In this document: positions 28,218-37,823 of the stretch, in pieces
Numbering within the stretch: the first letter of the stretch is position 1
Layout: the number at the start of each line of letters is the position of its first letter
Origin: a phage
Sequence record: NC_103192.1
Length of the DNA: 64,000 bases
Reading direction: 5' to 3' (one strand)
Made by a program: the position numbers and the translations under genes
Notes under the pieces: model-generated
The model's database searches: none
Seen by the model: only the letters and a program-made list of their open reading frames with translations
What the model was told of the DNA's origin: nothing

Positions 28218-29267
28218 TTAAGCTTCTTCGACAATTCCTGCACCCAGGATTTTTTCATTGAGCTCTTTTGCTGTTTTAATAATATTGTCCACCAGACGCT
28301 TGCGCGTCTTATCTTTCACCTTAACCTCTTCACCGCCGTTCAGAGTAGTCTTCAATTGAGACAGAATATCCTGAAGTTCAACGACAGAGAATCTCTGCAG
28401 ATCTTCTGAAGTAATCTCACCCAGGGCAATTCTGACGGTCTCGCCACTCTCCATCTGCAGATTCAGGAACACAGTGTGAACATCACCTTTCGAACCACCC
28501 GCTTTTGCAGATTCAACAGCATGAACTAACTCATCTAAAGATGTGCACTGGTGAATCTCCGGAAGACCTGCTTCACCTAACACGCCTTCTTCATCACCTT
28601 TTGCCAGAAGCTTTTTCGGTTTTTGTCCGTTCTGGATGCGTTGTATGTTGCCTTCATCCAGAATAATAGCTCCAGTGCGTGCTGCCAGCTCTTCTCCGTC
28701 CAACCACACTTCGCCACCAGCTGTGATGGATGCGATCTCATCTTCTGTTAGCACCCCACCGTAGTATTTTTCGATCAGGCGTTCAAAACGTTTTTTCCAG
28801 TAGCTGACCTGAGTATTCATGTTCACACCGTTACCATAAGTGCCACCTTGATAGTAGTGGAACATAAACTCTGTGTCCGGAGCCACAGTACGTTCTTTAC
28901 AACCAAGCCATAAGATTGTTCCAGCAGAGCAGCACATCCCTTCAGCATGTGCAACAACGCTTGCCTGAGACTCGCGGAATGCCTGCAGATAGGCCATTGC
29001 AATGTGCACGCAACCCCCAGGGCTATTGATGATCACCCGAATGCTTTCTTCCGGCTGAGCCATACGGATCGTCTGCAGACGAGACATATGATCTTGTAAG
29101 TCTTCCAAATCGTCGATATAAAGAACGTGGTCAACAACAGGTGTTGGGTAGCTGTATGTTTCCATAATACCACCCGGCATACCAAACATTTTATTACTCA
29201 TAGGTTCGAAACCGTTCTGTTTTTCTTTCATGCCGTGTACCATGGTGCTGCGAGGTGTTAAATTCAT
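28218..29267 (-). CDS. ClpP-family serine peptidase with C-terminal extension
   Basis: INSPGG and GMCCSAG match ClpP/S14 oxyanion and active-site Ser motifs; about 130 extra charged C-terminal residues. Confidence 0.6.
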   Translation of the reverse strand: MNLTPRSTMVHGMKEKQNGFEPMSNKMFGMPGGIMETYSYPTPVVDHVLYIDDLEDLQDHMSRLQTIRMAQPEESIRVIINSPGGCVHIAMAYLQAFRESQASVVAHAEGMCCSAGTILWLGCKERTVAPDTEFMFHYYQGGTYGNGVNMNTQVSYWKKRFERLIEKYYGGVLTEDEIASITAGGEVWLDGEELAARTGAIILDEGNIQRIQNGQKPKKLLAKGDEEGVLGEAGLPEIHQCTSLDELVHAVESAKAGGSKGDVHTVFLNLQMESGETVRIALGEITSEDLQRFSVVELQDILSQLKTTLNGGEEVKVKDKTRKRLVDNIIKTAKELNEKILGAGIVEEA

Positions 29268-29327
29268 GAGAAATCCTTAATATTGGAAGTTGAAAGCTAT
29301 TTATTTAAACCTGATTCACATTTACCT

Positions 29328-29639
29328 TTATTTAGCAATCACTAGGGAGTACTTACGATTGTCAGAAGCATCACAGCTCAATGATTGCCAGTCTACCACA
29401 TACCAAGTATCATTGTCAACAATTACTTTATCGCCTGTTCTGTAGCAGGTGCTGCTTTCAATAATCCGAGACTCGATAAAGAATCTGTGTCGGCGCTCAC
29501 GTAGCAACGCTAAGTTGATTATATTACCACCACTGTCCTTGATCCACACATTCTTGGATCCTTTATTTGCCAAAATTGTCTCGCCGTTATAGACAAACAG
29601 GCAGTATATTTTATTCAGTCTCTCTTGTATTGTAGCCAT
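29328..29639 (-). CDS. Hypothetical protein
   Basis: ORF in array. Confidence 0.4.
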   Translation of the reverse strand: MATIQERLNKIYCLFVYNGETILANKGSKNVWIKDSGGNIINLALLRERRHRFFIESRIIESSTCYRTGDKVIVDNDTWYVVDWQSLSCDASDNRKYSLVIAK

Positions 29640-29742
29640 ACTATCTCCTTCTCCTTGTCTTGTCCGGTAATAATATCTAAATCTTACCTGTTTGTCAACA
29701 ACTGTTTTAGATATCTAAGGGTGGAATAACCACCCTTCTGTA

Positions 29743-30531
29743 TTACTCGGAAACAGGGGTCCAAATATGATTTGCACGATCCTCAATAAGATTGAGTGCA
29801 ATCTGACGACCCAACCCGGAACGAACAACATCGTCTGGACTATCAAAGCTGATCATTCCAACCTCAGGATCTGGATGACGAGTAAAGAAATCCGTCACCC
29901 ATGCAAGGCCAGATTTACCAGGGATGTCACGTTGGCTATTATCGCCCATAATTACAAGGGTGGCCTGATCAGAGATCCTTGTGATAATTGACAACATTTC
30001 TTCAGGGTTAGTTTGCTGTGCCTCGTCAATCAGGACAAAGCATCGCTCATCGAAACTACGACCACGAATGCTTTCAACCTCACAAATCTCGATACGGCTG
30101 TTCTGACCGTCTCCCAGCATTGCGGCAAAAGCACCTTTGCCAACACGACGACAAATCGTGTCCATCATGCTTCGAAGATAGGGCCACAGTTTCTGCATTG
30201 CATTTCCAGGTTTAAATCCTGAAGTCTTTCCTGTCTGAACGTAAGGACGTGCAACAATGATCTTATCAATCTCGTTCTTACGCAGAAGATCACCTGCATA
30301 TGCAGATGCCATAAACGTCTTACCGGATCCAAACACACCGTTTACAATAATAATCTTACGTGACCCTAGATAATCAAGATACTTTTGCTGCTTTTTATTC
30401 ATTGGTCGGAGAGCTGGAGCGGTGTGCTCTCGTTCGTCAGCAAATTTCTCAGCAGCCTTACGCAGGCGATCAGATTTGCGAGCCTCTCTAGCTTCATCCC
30501 GCATGCGTTTTGTTTCTTTAGCTCGACCCAT
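29743..30531 (-). CDS. phoH: PhoH-like ATPase
   Basis: Walker A GVFGSGKT, Walker B-like VLIDEAQ, charged N-terminal extension. Confidence 0.75.
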   Translation of the reverse strand: MGRAKETKRMRDEAREARKSDRLRKAAEKFADEREHTAPALRPMNKKQQKYLDYLGSRKIIIVNGVFGSGKTFMASAYAGDLLRKNEIDKIIVARPYVQTGKTSGFKPGNAMQKLWPYLRSMMDTICRRVGKGAFAAMLGDGQNSRIEICEVESIRGRSFDERCFVLIDEAQQTNPEEMLSIITRISDQATLVIMGDNSQRDIPGKSGLAWVTDFFTRHPDPEVGMISFDSPDDVVRSGLGRQIALNLIEDRANHIWTPVSE

Positions 30532-30569
30532 GTTGGGACTCCTTTCAGATTGAGATGTGCCAAGTACTT

Positions 30570-30920
30570 TTACTGCAACAGTTTTTCAATAGCCGCTTCC
30601 ATGCTGCTTGCAACAGCCTGAACTCGGATATTCATCTCTTCTTGGTGGATCAGCTCCTTAAGCTCTTTAATGGTAAATTCTTTAGAGAAACCCTCCACCA
30701 TAATCTTGTGCAAGGCTTCTTGCGTGTCTACTTGCAAGAACTTTTCCAGTTTGTTGGCAGAGGCTTCTAAATCAGCCCGAATACGAGGGTCATCTGTGCG
30801 ATTAAGCATTAGGCGTAAGCCATCAAGATTAGTAGAAATAGCGTCTGCATGTTGAGTAACTAACCGTGGCAAAATGAGATCTACAAACTTATTAGCTAAA
30901 TCGATACGTTCTTGTGTCAC
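30570..30920 (-). CDS. Hypothetical protein
   Basis: ORF in array. Confidence 0.4.
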   Translation of the reverse strand: MTQERIDLANKFVDLILPRLVTQHADAISTNLDGLRLMLNRTDDPRIRADLEASANKLEKFLQVDTQEALHKIMVEGFSKEFTIKELKELIHQEEMNIRVQAVASSMEAAIEKLLQ

Positions 30921-31030
30921 TGTTGCACCCCCTCTTCATCCTCATGATGTTTCTTTTCACGCTTGTGTTTTTTCTTAAGCTCAAGCGCAATCTCTTTTTT
31001 GTACGCCTTCTTCAAGGCCTTTTTAGCCAT
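30917..31030 (-). CDS. Small lysine-rich peptide (37 aa)
   Basis: MAKKALKKAYKKEIALELKKKHKREKKHHEDEEGVQQ with strong SD aggagg; not in ORF track. Confidence 0.3.
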   Translation of the reverse strand: MAKKALKKAYKKEIALELKKKHKREKKHHEDEEGVQQ

Positions 31031-31092
31031 TTGGCACCTCCTCTGCTTTCATTACGCTAATTATAACCAACTTAACAAGACTTTGTCAACAA

Positions 31093-31584
31093 TTAGTCAA
31101 CCTGAACCCAACCGCCTGCTACCTTTTTAAACATTCTTTGGTTATCACTGCCTCGGAATGGTTTCTTGGTTGGTAAATCTTTTACATACTTTCCATCAAT
31201 GACGATATCAGCCAGTTTAAGAACATCACTAGAGATATGCTCAAATGTGAACCCAGTATACACAAGAATAGTTTTCTTGTCACCAAACTTTTCCTTAATT
31301 CTCCTCATAAGGTTGATAATATCTGGCTCATTATAAGTAGCCAAAGGCTCTCCACCAAGTAAAGAAATACCGCATACAGATTCATTGTCTAAATCCAACA
31401 AAATTTTCTGCAAATCTTCTTCGGTGAACTCTCTTCCTTTATCTTTTGACCAAAATGCTTGATTAAAGCAACCAGGACAAGCGTGTGGGCACCCAGATAC
31501 CCACAAAGCTGTCCTAATACCTGGCCCCTCGGTGTAAGATATCTCTGTATACCCGACAATATTCATACATACTCCGCATCGCAT
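31093..31584 (-). CDS. nrdG: Anaerobic ribonucleotide reductase activating protein (radical SAM)
   Basis: Cys cluster CPHACPGC near N-terminus; size and position next to nrdD. Confidence 0.75.
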   Translation of the reverse strand: MRCGVCMNIVGYTEISYTEGPGIRTALWVSGCPHACPGCFNQAFWSKDKGREFTEEDLQKILLDLDNESVCGISLLGGEPLATYNEPDIINLMRRIKEKFGDKKTILVYTGFTFEHISSDVLKLADIVIDGKYVKDLPTKKPFRGSDNQRMFKKVAGGWVQVD

Positions 31585-31731
31585 TTAGGACAATGCCAAA
31601 TAAAATCGTCCAGTGCCTTACACCAACGAAGATTGCAATGACAACCACACTTGCAGATTTTATAGATACCCGATGACATACTGCACCTCCTTAGTTAATA
31701 GCATATTTAAAATATGCATATCTTTCTACGA

Positions 31732-32667
31732 TCATTTACCGCAGATCTCTTTATACGCTGCTTCCACTATGCTGAACACCTCAGGCCTGTAGTAGAAGAA
31801 TTCGGTGCTACCATTAAATTTTACAGGAAAGTTTATTTTACACTTGTTGAAAATCTCGTGCACAGATTTTTCTACACTTAGCATGTTTTTAGTCGATCCG
31901 CTCCATGTTTTCAATATATGTAAATCATGTAGACCCGCGCCAGATGTATGTGCGCTTTTTAATATCTCATCCTTTCTATTATCAACACGGACGCTCACAC
32001 CTATCTTCATGAGTGTAGGCAATTCTAGATCATCAACCATGATGTAAAGTTTACCACAATCGTGGGATAAAAATCCACTTTTGGTGCATTTAGGACATCC
32101 TCTCCCTCCTAAATGCTTGGTAGGGGATTGACAGAAATCTCCATGGTCTGTGCAAACAATTGTAACCTTGATGTGTGAATTCACATACCTAACTTTAGAG
32201 TAATCATACTTGTTCCCGTGGACAGCCACAGCGTCCTGGATAAACTCTTCAGTGGTCTTTTTCATAGATCCGCCACATCCTGGACAGCCGTGACCACGCT
32301 TAAGGCTACCAGGAGTAGCTGACCATTCGTGGTTGCAAACTTTGCAACGACATAATACTTTATTACACCCTGTAGTGATCTCTTCTAATATTTCAATATA
32401 AGTATTTTTCTTCCCTATGTCCTCAACCCACTTTTCATGAGGTTTGGTTTTACTTTGTGCTATTTTTAGCTTCCTGCATTCAGGACACCCGCATTTTTGA
32501 TTTAGATGTATATCAGGTGTTTGGGCAAAGTGGGTGCCGCAGTGCTTACATATTATCTCCACTTTATCTTTACAGGTTTTATAGTCCACAAGAGAGTAGT
32601 CGTATTTATCACCATGTTTCTCTCTAGCCCTCCCTATAAATTCCTCCGTTGTCAGTCGTCTGGTCAC
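31732..32667 (-). CDS. Free-standing homing-endonuclease-like protein (tandem Zn-ribbon modules, T5orf172/GIY-YIG-like C-terminus)
   Basis: Two repeats of TTEEFI...HG.KYDYS.V.Y...C..HG; C-terminal KLYIMVD...KIGVS block; inserted between nrdG and nrdD. Confidence 0.4.
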   Translation of the reverse strand: MTRRLTTEEFIGRAREKHGDKYDYSLVDYKTCKDKVEIICKHCGTHFAQTPDIHLNQKCGCPECRKLKIAQSKTKPHEKWVEDIGKKNTYIEILEEITTGCNKVLCRCKVCNHEWSATPGSLKRGHGCPGCGGSMKKTTEEFIQDAVAVHGNKYDYSKVRYVNSHIKVTIVCTDHGDFCQSPTKHLGGRGCPKCTKSGFLSHDCGKLYIMVDDLELPTLMKIGVSVRVDNRKDEILKSAHTSGAGLHDLHILKTWSGSTKNMLSVEKSVHEIFNKCKINFPVKFNGSTEFFYYRPEVFSIVEAAYKEICGK

Positions 32668-32734
32668 CGCTAAATCCTCTTGGTTGCTAATCTATGTACT
32701 AAGTGTGCCACATCCTTGTGGCTTTTGTCAAGTA

Positions 32735-33697
32735 TCAGCAACTACAACTTCCATAGTGCTTCACTCGCTCGATAACTTCCGCTTGCTTACCTGTGTTATA
32801 CGGCCTACTGTTCGGGCTGGAGAGATAGCCAGACACTCTTCGGATCACTGAGATATATTGTTCATCGTGGCATCCGCACGCAGGGCAGCAGAACCCTTTA
32901 GCTGTTGCACTGAACTCACCAGAGAAACCACACTTGAGACATTTATCCACAGGTTGGTTAATACCAAAATACATAATATGTTTATACCCGAAGTCAACAA
33001 GAGCCTCTAAAGCATCTAAGTTGTTTTTCAGATTTGGTGTCTCTATGTACCCAATGTTGCCACCAGAGGAGATCATAGCAAAACCTTCCTCATACTTCCA
33101 CTTATCAAAAGGTGAGCTATTGATCCATACTGGCTGGTGGAAACTGTTGGTGAGGTATTCATGCTCGTGCTTCAACACTTCAGGATATTCACGATCCAGG
33201 CAGGTTGCAGCCTTATAGCATAAACTCTCAGAAGGGGTGCCGTACAAGCTAAATGCTAGTCCACTTTCCTTCTTATATCGCTCACAAGCATCCTTCATGT
33301 GCTGAAGGATTCCAAGAGCTAAAGCCTTGTCACCCTCTCTGCCCAAAATCTGACAGGTTTCATACACACCAATATACCCAATACTGATGGAAGCGTACCC
33401 GTCATAGAAGAGTTTATCGATACTCTCTTCAGGATCCAGGCGAGCAAGAGCTCCTTCACACCACATGATAGGATTCTGCCCGGCCTTGGTGCCTTTCAGA
33501 CGGTTAACCCTTACAAGGTGAGATTCATATGCCAAATCCAGATACTCGTCAAGAACGGCAAAGAAATCAACACCTTCCGTCTTAGCTTTTGCCGCAATCA
33601 TTGGTAGGTTAAGGCTAACAACACCCAAGTTGAATCTGCCAAGGTATTTCTCCTCGCCTGTTACAGGGTCGCTATATTTCGATAAGAAACTTCTACA
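32735..33697 (-). CDS. nrdD: Anaerobic ribonucleotide reductase NrdD, exon 3 (glycyl radical domain)
   Basis: CRSFLS..NLGVVSLNLP and C-terminal RRVSGYL glycyl-radical motif plus Zn-ribbon cysteines align with E. coli NrdD C-terminus. Confidence 0.8.
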   Translation of the reverse strand, partial: CRSFLSKYSDPVTGEEKYLGRFNLGVVSLNLPMIAAKAKTEGVDFFAVLDEYLDLAYESHLVRVNRLKGTKAGQNPIMWCEGALARLDPEESIDKLFYDGYASISIGYIGVYETCQILGREGDKALALGILQHMKDACERYKKESGLAFSLYGTPSESLCYKAATCLDREYPEVLKHEHEYLTNSFHQPVWINSSPFDKWKYEEGFAMISSGGNIGYIETPNLKNNLDALEALVDFGYKHIMYFGINQPVDKCLKCGFSGEFSATAKGFCCPACGCHDEQYISVIRRVSGYLSSPNSRPYNTGKQAEVIERVKHYGSCSC

Positions 33698-34459
33698 CAT
33701 TATGTTCAAGGTGGTTCGCAAGGCCACCCCCGCACCTTTACGTGCTGCTGCATGTCCCCATGCAGATCAGACTATATCTTCACACTTAGTGTGTCTACCA
33801 TTTCGAGTGTCATCAGCTTACACCCTACACCGCTACATTCATCACGGTTAGTCGTTAGGCATTTCGTAACAGAACTCGTAATCATAGTTATTAGGTGCAC
33901 CACGTTTCAGGATAGCAGATATTCTTTTTCTATCTATTCCTAAAACATCAGCACAACATCTCAGACTCTTAAAGTGAATAACCACACCAGTTAATTTGTG
34001 GGTGGCTTTCACCCCGTGACATCTTGTGTAAAAAGCATAACAGTTGTTGTCGTATCCTTCTTGAGTATTGTCTGGGCAAGCTCCCCACTCAAGGTTGTAT
34101 ACGCTGTTATCTTTCCTGTTGTCACCTTTGTGCTTAACATATGGTAAATTGTCTGGATTTGGTAAAAACGCTTCAGCAACAAGTCTGTGAACCCTTAGGC
34201 AAACAGTCTTTTTGTTCTTGCGTATCCTGACAAGACGGTAACCTGTGTTTATCTCTTCCCACGAATGAATAATTCTTTCATTTTCGTATCGGGTGCAATA
34301 AACATTGCCCATCTCGTCAATTTCATAACCTTCAAAATCACGAATTTGTTTTCTCATTTCAGGACTCCTCTTAGTCAGGAGTTCTGTTACGTTTAGCACG
34401 GGATTGTCCGTTCTGGAGTTTCCCCGTTTAGATAGATTTTACATGAGCAGTTATAGTTT
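33698..34459 (-). mobile_element. Group I intron 2 in nrdD (contains HNH endonuclease ORF)
   Basis: Exon 2 ends ...SMG (codon ggt, terminal U), exon 3 resumes CRSF, restoring the conserved PMGCRSF block; 3' end carries AAGATATAGTC P7-like element and a P9 hairpin. Confidence 0.65.
33848..34399 (-). CDS. HNH homing endonuclease (intron-encoded)
   Basis: VKHKGDNRKDNSVYNLEWG HNH_3-type motif; N-terminal FEGYEIDEMGNVY module. Confidence 0.7.
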   Translation of the reverse strand: MLNVTELLTKRSPEMRKQIRDFEGYEIDEMGNVYCTRYENERIIHSWEEINTGYRLVRIRKNKKTVCLRVHRLVAEAFLPNPDNLPYVKHKGDNRKDNSVYNLEWGACPDNTQEGYDNNCYAFYTRCHGVKATHKLTGVVIHFKSLRCCADVLGIDRKRISAILKRGAPNNYDYEFCYEMPND

Positions 34460-34759
34460 ACCCATGCTTGTTACTTTGCCGTCTGTTGAACCTGTCACTT
34501 TTCTATTTAGCGGTACAGATACGAAGTCGGGATAAATCCGCTCTGCAGAGCATTCCAGAGCCAACCGTTTCAAATCATAGTTAGGATCCCCAGGATTCAT
34601 GTTGACACCCTCTTCTAGGAAGAACAGCACTTTAGGGAACACAGGTGTGATACGTTCTTCACCAAGACCCATTTTGTGGACTTTCAAGTAATTTTTGGTA
34701 ATCATTCTACCAAAGACCGAGGTATCCAGTCCTAAACTTAATGTGATGAATGGAGTCTG
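34460..34759 (-). CDS. nrdD: NrdD, exon 2
   Basis: QTPFITLSLGLDTS...ITPVFPKVLFFLEEGVNMNPGDPNYDLKRLALECSAERIYPD aligns with E. coli QTPFVTFGFGLGTS...AVFPKLVFAIRDGLNLKKGDPNYDIKQLALECASKRMYPD. Confidence 0.75.
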
Positions 34760-35556
34760 CTGTCTCCTCCCTGTGTTTCCACAGGGCCAGACTATCTCTT
34801 ACTCTACTTCAATAAGATAATAACCCTTTATTGTGAGATGCTTACCTTCGGCATTTCCTTCGATAGCCCTATGAACGTTACCTACGTTCAAATTTAAGGC
34901 TTTTGCACAGGCATAGAGTGAAGGATATTCACCAACCAAGGTTTTCCCTTTGTATGCCTGCACTTTCCTATAGCACTTACCTGGACAAAGTCCTGTTCGG
35001 AAAGCATGTCTCTTATTATCTTCCGGCAAAACCCACTCTAGGTTAGACGGATGATCATTCAATGTATTGCCATCTTTATGATTCACTTCCCAGTTTTCAG
35101 GGTCTTCTGGGACATCTGGCAAACAATACAAGGCAACAACCCTTGAGGTTTGGATTCGAATCTTTTTACCTTTGTGGTTGAAAGAGTACATATAACGGCG
35201 TTTAACATGCTTGTTACCTTTTCCATAACCTCCCCACAATATTGGGTGTAGCATTCCACGTTTTCCGTATACGTTTCCAACCTCATCAATCACATAGTTT
35301 GACTCTTCACCATTAAGAATGATCTTTTTCATAGAGCCTCTCCATTTCGAAGTTAGTATTTCAACTAACCCCTACACTACTTGGTTCAGAAATGTTTGTC
35401 AAGCATCTCTGCCTTTCGTTAGTCGTTACAACCGTTCCAACTCCTGTAAGAACTAGTCACGGGATTGGCGTAGCTTTCGCCTTAGCGTTCCCCGTTAGCC
35501 GGATTTACCGACCCCTCTTATGAGGTTAGGAGAGTTTTACAACGGCCAGTTTGTTA
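34760..35556 (-). mobile_element. Group I intron 1 in nrdD (contains HNH endonuclease ORF)
   Basis: Exon 1 ends ...SVNG then in-frame stop; exon 2 starts QTPF; intron 3' end has GAGATAGTCTGG plus hairpin; 5' part has GTTGTAACGACTAACG core-like element. Confidence 0.65.
34799..35332 (-). CDS. HNH homing endonuclease (intron-encoded)
   Basis: VNHKDGNTLNDHPSNLEWV HNH_3-type motif. Confidence 0.7.
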   Translation of the reverse strand: MKKIILNGEESNYVIDEVGNVYGKRGMLHPILWGGYGKGNKHVKRRYMYSFNHKGKKIRIQTSRVVALYCLPDVPEDPENWEVNHKDGNTLNDHPSNLEWVLPEDNKRHAFRTGLCPGKCYRKVQAYKGKTLVGEYPSLYACAKALNLNVGNVHRAIEGNAEGKHLTIKGYYLIEVE

Positions 35557-36417
35557 ACCGTTGACAGAAGTTAACGTATTGATTTGATAGAGCAAAGTCT
35601 GCATGCTGTCAAATACGTCTTTATCTGTCATTTGCATTGCAACAGTCTCAGCATCTGGCAACCAATGTTCCTGGCAAAATTTAAGGTTCTTCTCATAGGT
35701 CGCTTCAGCATACTGTGCCAGATAATGATCAATATGACTCATGGTCTGACCGCCATATTGAGCACTAGCTACTGCACTAGAGATTTGGCTAAGGATTGTT
35801 GTTGCAACCCCTATTGACTTCGGCTTACTGACATGGGCGTTACCAATGTTGAATCCGTTTTCCAACATATCTGGATAATTTACCAAACAACAGTTTGTTA
35901 ACGGACTGATCAAATAGTCAAGATCATGCACATGGATGAAGCCTTTGTTGTGCTCTTCGGAGACACGGTCTGGCAGGATCTGTGTTGATGCAAGGTGTTT
36001 GCTAAGGATGCCTGCAAGCAGGTCACGATGAGTATGCACATGATTAGTAGGCTTATTTGCGTTTTCTTTTGTAAATTCATCACAAGTACGATCCAAGAAG
36101 CCACTAATATCGGCAAGCAGTTTTCCACCTGCCTCTCTGTTATTATCTCTTGTCTGTCTATACTGGATGTATTCTCTGGCTGCACATTTTAAACCCATAT
36201 CCATAAGAGCATCTTCAACAAGGATATGGATATTTTTTACAGAGATCGTGCACTGGTCAGTTGGCAGATTGTTGGCAACAACTTCATTAACCGCACAGGC
36301 AATCCGGTAAGCTTCTTCTTCAGTATGTCCAGACTCAAGTAAGGCGGACTCTGCCGCCTTGATCACCTTAATTCCGTTATAGACCTCTTCTCTACCGTCC
36401 CGTTTTACAACTTTCAC
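35557..36417 (-). CDS. nrdD: NrdD, exon 1 (ATP-cone and N-terminal core)
   Basis: MKVVKRDGREEVYNGIKVIKAAE ATP-cone start; NENANK...RDLLAGI, HDLDY, PKSIGVAT blocks match E. coli NrdD. Confidence 0.8.
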
Positions 36418-36692
36418 TTTTTCTCTCCAAAACCATTCTTAACAAAAGAGATGAAATCATCGGCACCGCCTATATGGGCACTTTCAAGATTACTTTCTAA
36501 GAAGATCTGCGGCAACGTTCTGGGTACGATTGGACTGCACTTCTCAATAAGCTCTTCTTTTGTGTAACCCTCGCCAAGTGTCTTATATACAAAAGGCAGA
36601 CCTTTACTGACTGCAAATTCTTTTGCTCTTACACAATGTGGGCAGTTATCTTTACCGTAAATAATAAAGAAAAAAGATTTTTCACAACTCAT
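36414..36692 (-). CDS. Glutaredoxin/NrdH-like redoxin
   Basis: CPHC active-site motif near N-terminus, 92 aa, directly downstream of nrdB. Confidence 0.65.
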   Translation of the reverse strand: MSCEKSFFFIIYGKDNCPHCVRAKEFAVSKGLPFVYKTLGEGYTKEELIEKCSPIVPRTLPQIFLESNLESAHIGGADDFISFVKNGFGEKK

Positions 36693-36695
36693 GTA

Positions 36696-37784
36696 TTAAA
36701 ACTCCCAAATTTCTTCTTCAGCGTCGTTAACAGTTGTGTTGACTCGGTAGTCAGTGTTCGACATTTCTTGGTTCGCCGTCTGTTGCAATGAAGGTTTCAT
36801 CCACACCTGCATAAACGGTAGCGGGTCCTTTGTTGGCGGCACAAAGTCTTTGTCGATGTTGTAGTAATCATAAATCGGTGAGCAGTTATAATCAACCCAT
36901 TCTTTAAGTAATGGTGAGTTAAGACCTATAATTGCTCTTCCTTCGCTGAAAATATAGTCACTCCAACCGTACTCCTTGGTCCGCACTTCATCAAGAATTT
37001 CTTTTAACTCACTTTTAATCTCAAGAAAGCTTTGCTCCCATGCAGGATCATCAAGCAGGATATCGATGATAGCAAAATCACCTTTCGAATGCAGCATTTC
37101 ATCAAGCATAATTTTTTGAACAAGTTGTGCCACTTGAACAAAAATACCTTGCTCAGCTACTGCAAACGTACATGCAAAACTTGCAATAAACTCAATGCTT
37201 TCTAGAGCTAAAAGTGCAAAAAGTGCTCTAAGGATACATTTCCGTACAACATCTTCTTCAACACTGGAAGGATCCAGTCGGTATTTTGCACCAATAACCT
37301 CAAGCTCTTGCATATATTTGACAATAACTCCAGACCTGCTCAGCACGTTCTGGTTTTCCTGAATCTCTTCTATAATCTCACGAGCATTAGGAAGGCATTG
37401 TCTAACAATCTCTGAGTAAGTTAGTGCATGAAGAACCTCAATCTCAGACTGCTTCATCAACAAGGTGAAAAGCTCACTATTGGTGATAAATGGTGAAAAC
37501 AGACAAATGATAGATCTTGCTGCAACACTGTCTGCCTCCCATTGCCACATCAGTGTCTGCACCATTACATCGTAAGTTGACTTTGAGCATGTTACGAAAT
37601 CCGAAATAGACTGTGACAAATCTACTTCGTCCTCTGCCCAATCTTGTTCTTTTTGTTTTTTGTATAGTTCAAACAGCTGTGGGTACTTTTTGTTAATAGA
37701 GTCGTACATCCCCATCTGCTGTCCTAAAAACAGCGGATAATCACCAGTTTTATGAGCAGTGTTCTCAGTATTAAATACAGCCAT
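36696..37784 (-). CDS. nrdB: Ribonucleotide reductase class I beta subunit
   Basis: Size, position after nrdA, ferritin-like helical sequence with conserved Glu/His-containing blocks. Confidence 0.75.
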   Translation of the reverse strand: MAVFNTENTAHKTGDYPLFLGQQMGMYDSINKKYPQLFELYKKQKEQDWAEDEVDLSQSISDFVTCSKSTYDVMVQTLMWQWEADSVAARSIICLFSPFITNSELFTLLMKQSEIEVLHALTYSEIVRQCLPNAREIIEEIQENQNVLSRSGVIVKYMQELEVIGAKYRLDPSSVEEDVVRKCILRALFALLALESIEFIASFACTFAVAEQGIFVQVAQLVQKIMLDEMLHSKGDFAIIDILLDDPAWEQSFLEIKSELKEILDEVRTKEYGWSDYIFSEGRAIIGLNSPLLKEWVDYNCSPIYDYYNIDKDFVPPTKDPLPFMQVWMKPSLQQTANQEMSNTDYRVNTTVNDAEEEIWEF

Positions 37785-37823
37785 TATTCTACCTCTAAAA
37801 TGGGGCCGAAGCCCCTTTTTAAA

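Noticed and set aside
32735-36417. nrdD pieces as pseudogene fragments
   Set aside because: The three pieces align end-to-end with intact NrdD, junctions sit at U-terminated codons, and the gaps carry group I core elements and homing endonuclease genes, which favours splicing over decay.
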